Shown: one piece after another, positions 62,868 to 64,000 of the stretch | Numbering within the stretch: the stretch's first letter is position 1 | Layout of the letters: each line of letters starts with the position of its first letter | Source: Raillietiella orientalis | Taxonomy: Eukaryota | Assembly (NCBI GenBank): GCA_036172245.1 | Contig: JAYWIR010000029.1 | Span: 806,001-870,000, forward strand | DNA length: 64,000 nucleotides | Reading direction: 5' to 3' | Made by a program: the position numbers and the translations under genes | The notes under the pieces: generated by a model | Databases searched by the model: none | Seen by the model: the letters and a program-made list of their open reading frames with translations, nothing else | Told to the model about the DNA's origin: nothing

Positions 62868-63161
62868 CCACGAAACCAGCTGCTTTCATCTAGGGGACAG
62901 GGTGCAGGAAAATAAAGTCTTTCACCGATGCCTACGGAACAGGAAACTCGGAGGGATTCCTGCGACTCAAGGTCATCACCATCCCTCGAGAGGGATGGTG
63001 GTGATCTGTGGTGATCTTGAGTGACCATCCCCTGAGATGGGTCATTCAACCCAACCGCCTCGAACTTCAAGCTCGAACTTTCCATCCGCTTCTCCCTCCC
63101 TCGCCACATCCAACTCAGAGGCCGTCCTCGCAGCAAGAAGAAACTTCGCAAACGATGGATT
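62868..63161 (-). repeat. 294-bp inverted repeat, right copy (partner 58294-58587)
   Basis: Reverse complement of 58294-58587; I saw no mismatch on manual comparison. Confidence 0.96.
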
Positions 63162-63784
63162 ACTCACATTTCCAGCGGTGCTCACATTTCCAACGGTGGG
63201 GAAGGAGGCGTCGTCCAGGATTCTCTCTCCGGGAACGACCCTGCTGACGAACGCGTTCGTTCATTCTCGGAAGAGCTTCATTCTGGAATCGACACGCGAC
63301 GAAGTTCGCGACACCCTGCAGATCCGCAGCTCAGATCTTTCGGTTATCTGCGTCGTGCTCACTTGTTTATCATACACTGATTGATGCACAACTTAGTTTG
63401 AGTCTCAGACACGAACTCCTAGGAGTTCTTTAGCAAGGAAACGTCGTAGGAAGTCCAAGAAGGAACATTTTTGGCTGCACGCATTCAGAACAAGGAGAGA
63501 CCCGCTCCTTTGTCCTGCTGCGCAAGAGTATGGGTGCAGCTGCCCTAGAAGAGGGATGTCGTCATGGAAACTCAAAAGTGCTCACAGTAAGAACTCGACT
63601 TCGTTTGCTCTTGGTTTTCCCATGTGTGCACATTACCAAGGAATTTCGACTTCAGATAGAGCCGGTTTTAGTATTAGGCAAATATAGGCATTGCCTAGGG
63701 GCTCCAGGCTACTAAGAACTCCAAATTACAGGATGAAAAATGGCGTTTTTTAATTTTTCGTTTAAATATTTTTCGTTTTTTTTT

Positions 63785-63845
63785 ATGCACGGGGCGCCAA
63801 ATTTTCTTTTGCCTAGTGGCGCCAAACACCCTCGCGCCGCAACTG
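63785..63845. mobile_element. Possible end of a non-autonomous hAT-like DNA transposon
   Basis: GGCGCCAAA is repeated, there is a GCCTAG motif, and the terminus ...GCGCCGCAACTG reads CAG on the other strand. No partner end was identified. Confidence 0.25.
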
Positions 63846-64000
63846 ACTCCAGATCCCCGCTGAGACGAAGCAACAGACTTTCTTCGCGGATCTTCCAGAA
63901 GTAGTAACGAATCCCTTTATCGACGGGGGTACTTTCCCGTCAATGAAGGGATTCGTTTGCCGCGCGGACGATATCGTTCCTTTCTGCCGAGGCAATCCTC

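Overview
Eukaryotic, metazoan genomic DNA. It is most likely from an arthropod, because it carries a Stubble-type clip-domain exon. It is not prokaryotic, and I found no rRNA, tRNA or CRISPR array. Two complete spliced genes can be reconstructed by hand in an AT-rich, CpG-poor block: Arl8 (minus, 7769-8483, 4 exons, 187 aa) and IFT81 (plus, 15908-18271, 11 exons, 578 aa, apparently missing an internal coiled-coil segment). Twelve of their 13 introns are 43-51 nt and appear to use the first YAG lying more than about 41 nt from the donor. Between the two genes lie a decayed DNA-level duplicate of Arl8, a cluster of 34-45 bp palindromes, a Tx1/L1-like ORF1 relic and an internally deleted NeSL/Utopia-like (RLE) retroelement. 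That element sits inside a 45-bp palindrome, has a roughly 29-bp target duplication and carries a hairpin-rich 5' leader. The 19-40 kb stretch is mostly heavily decayed retroelement DNA. The 40.5-57.2 kb stretch is a sharply bounded, very GC-rich domain with no protein I can recognise. At the right end, a clip-domain serine protease exon, a piggyBac relic and a Gypsy relic are bracketed by a 294-bp apparently perfect inverted repeat. All family assignments come from motif recognition by eye, not from database searches.
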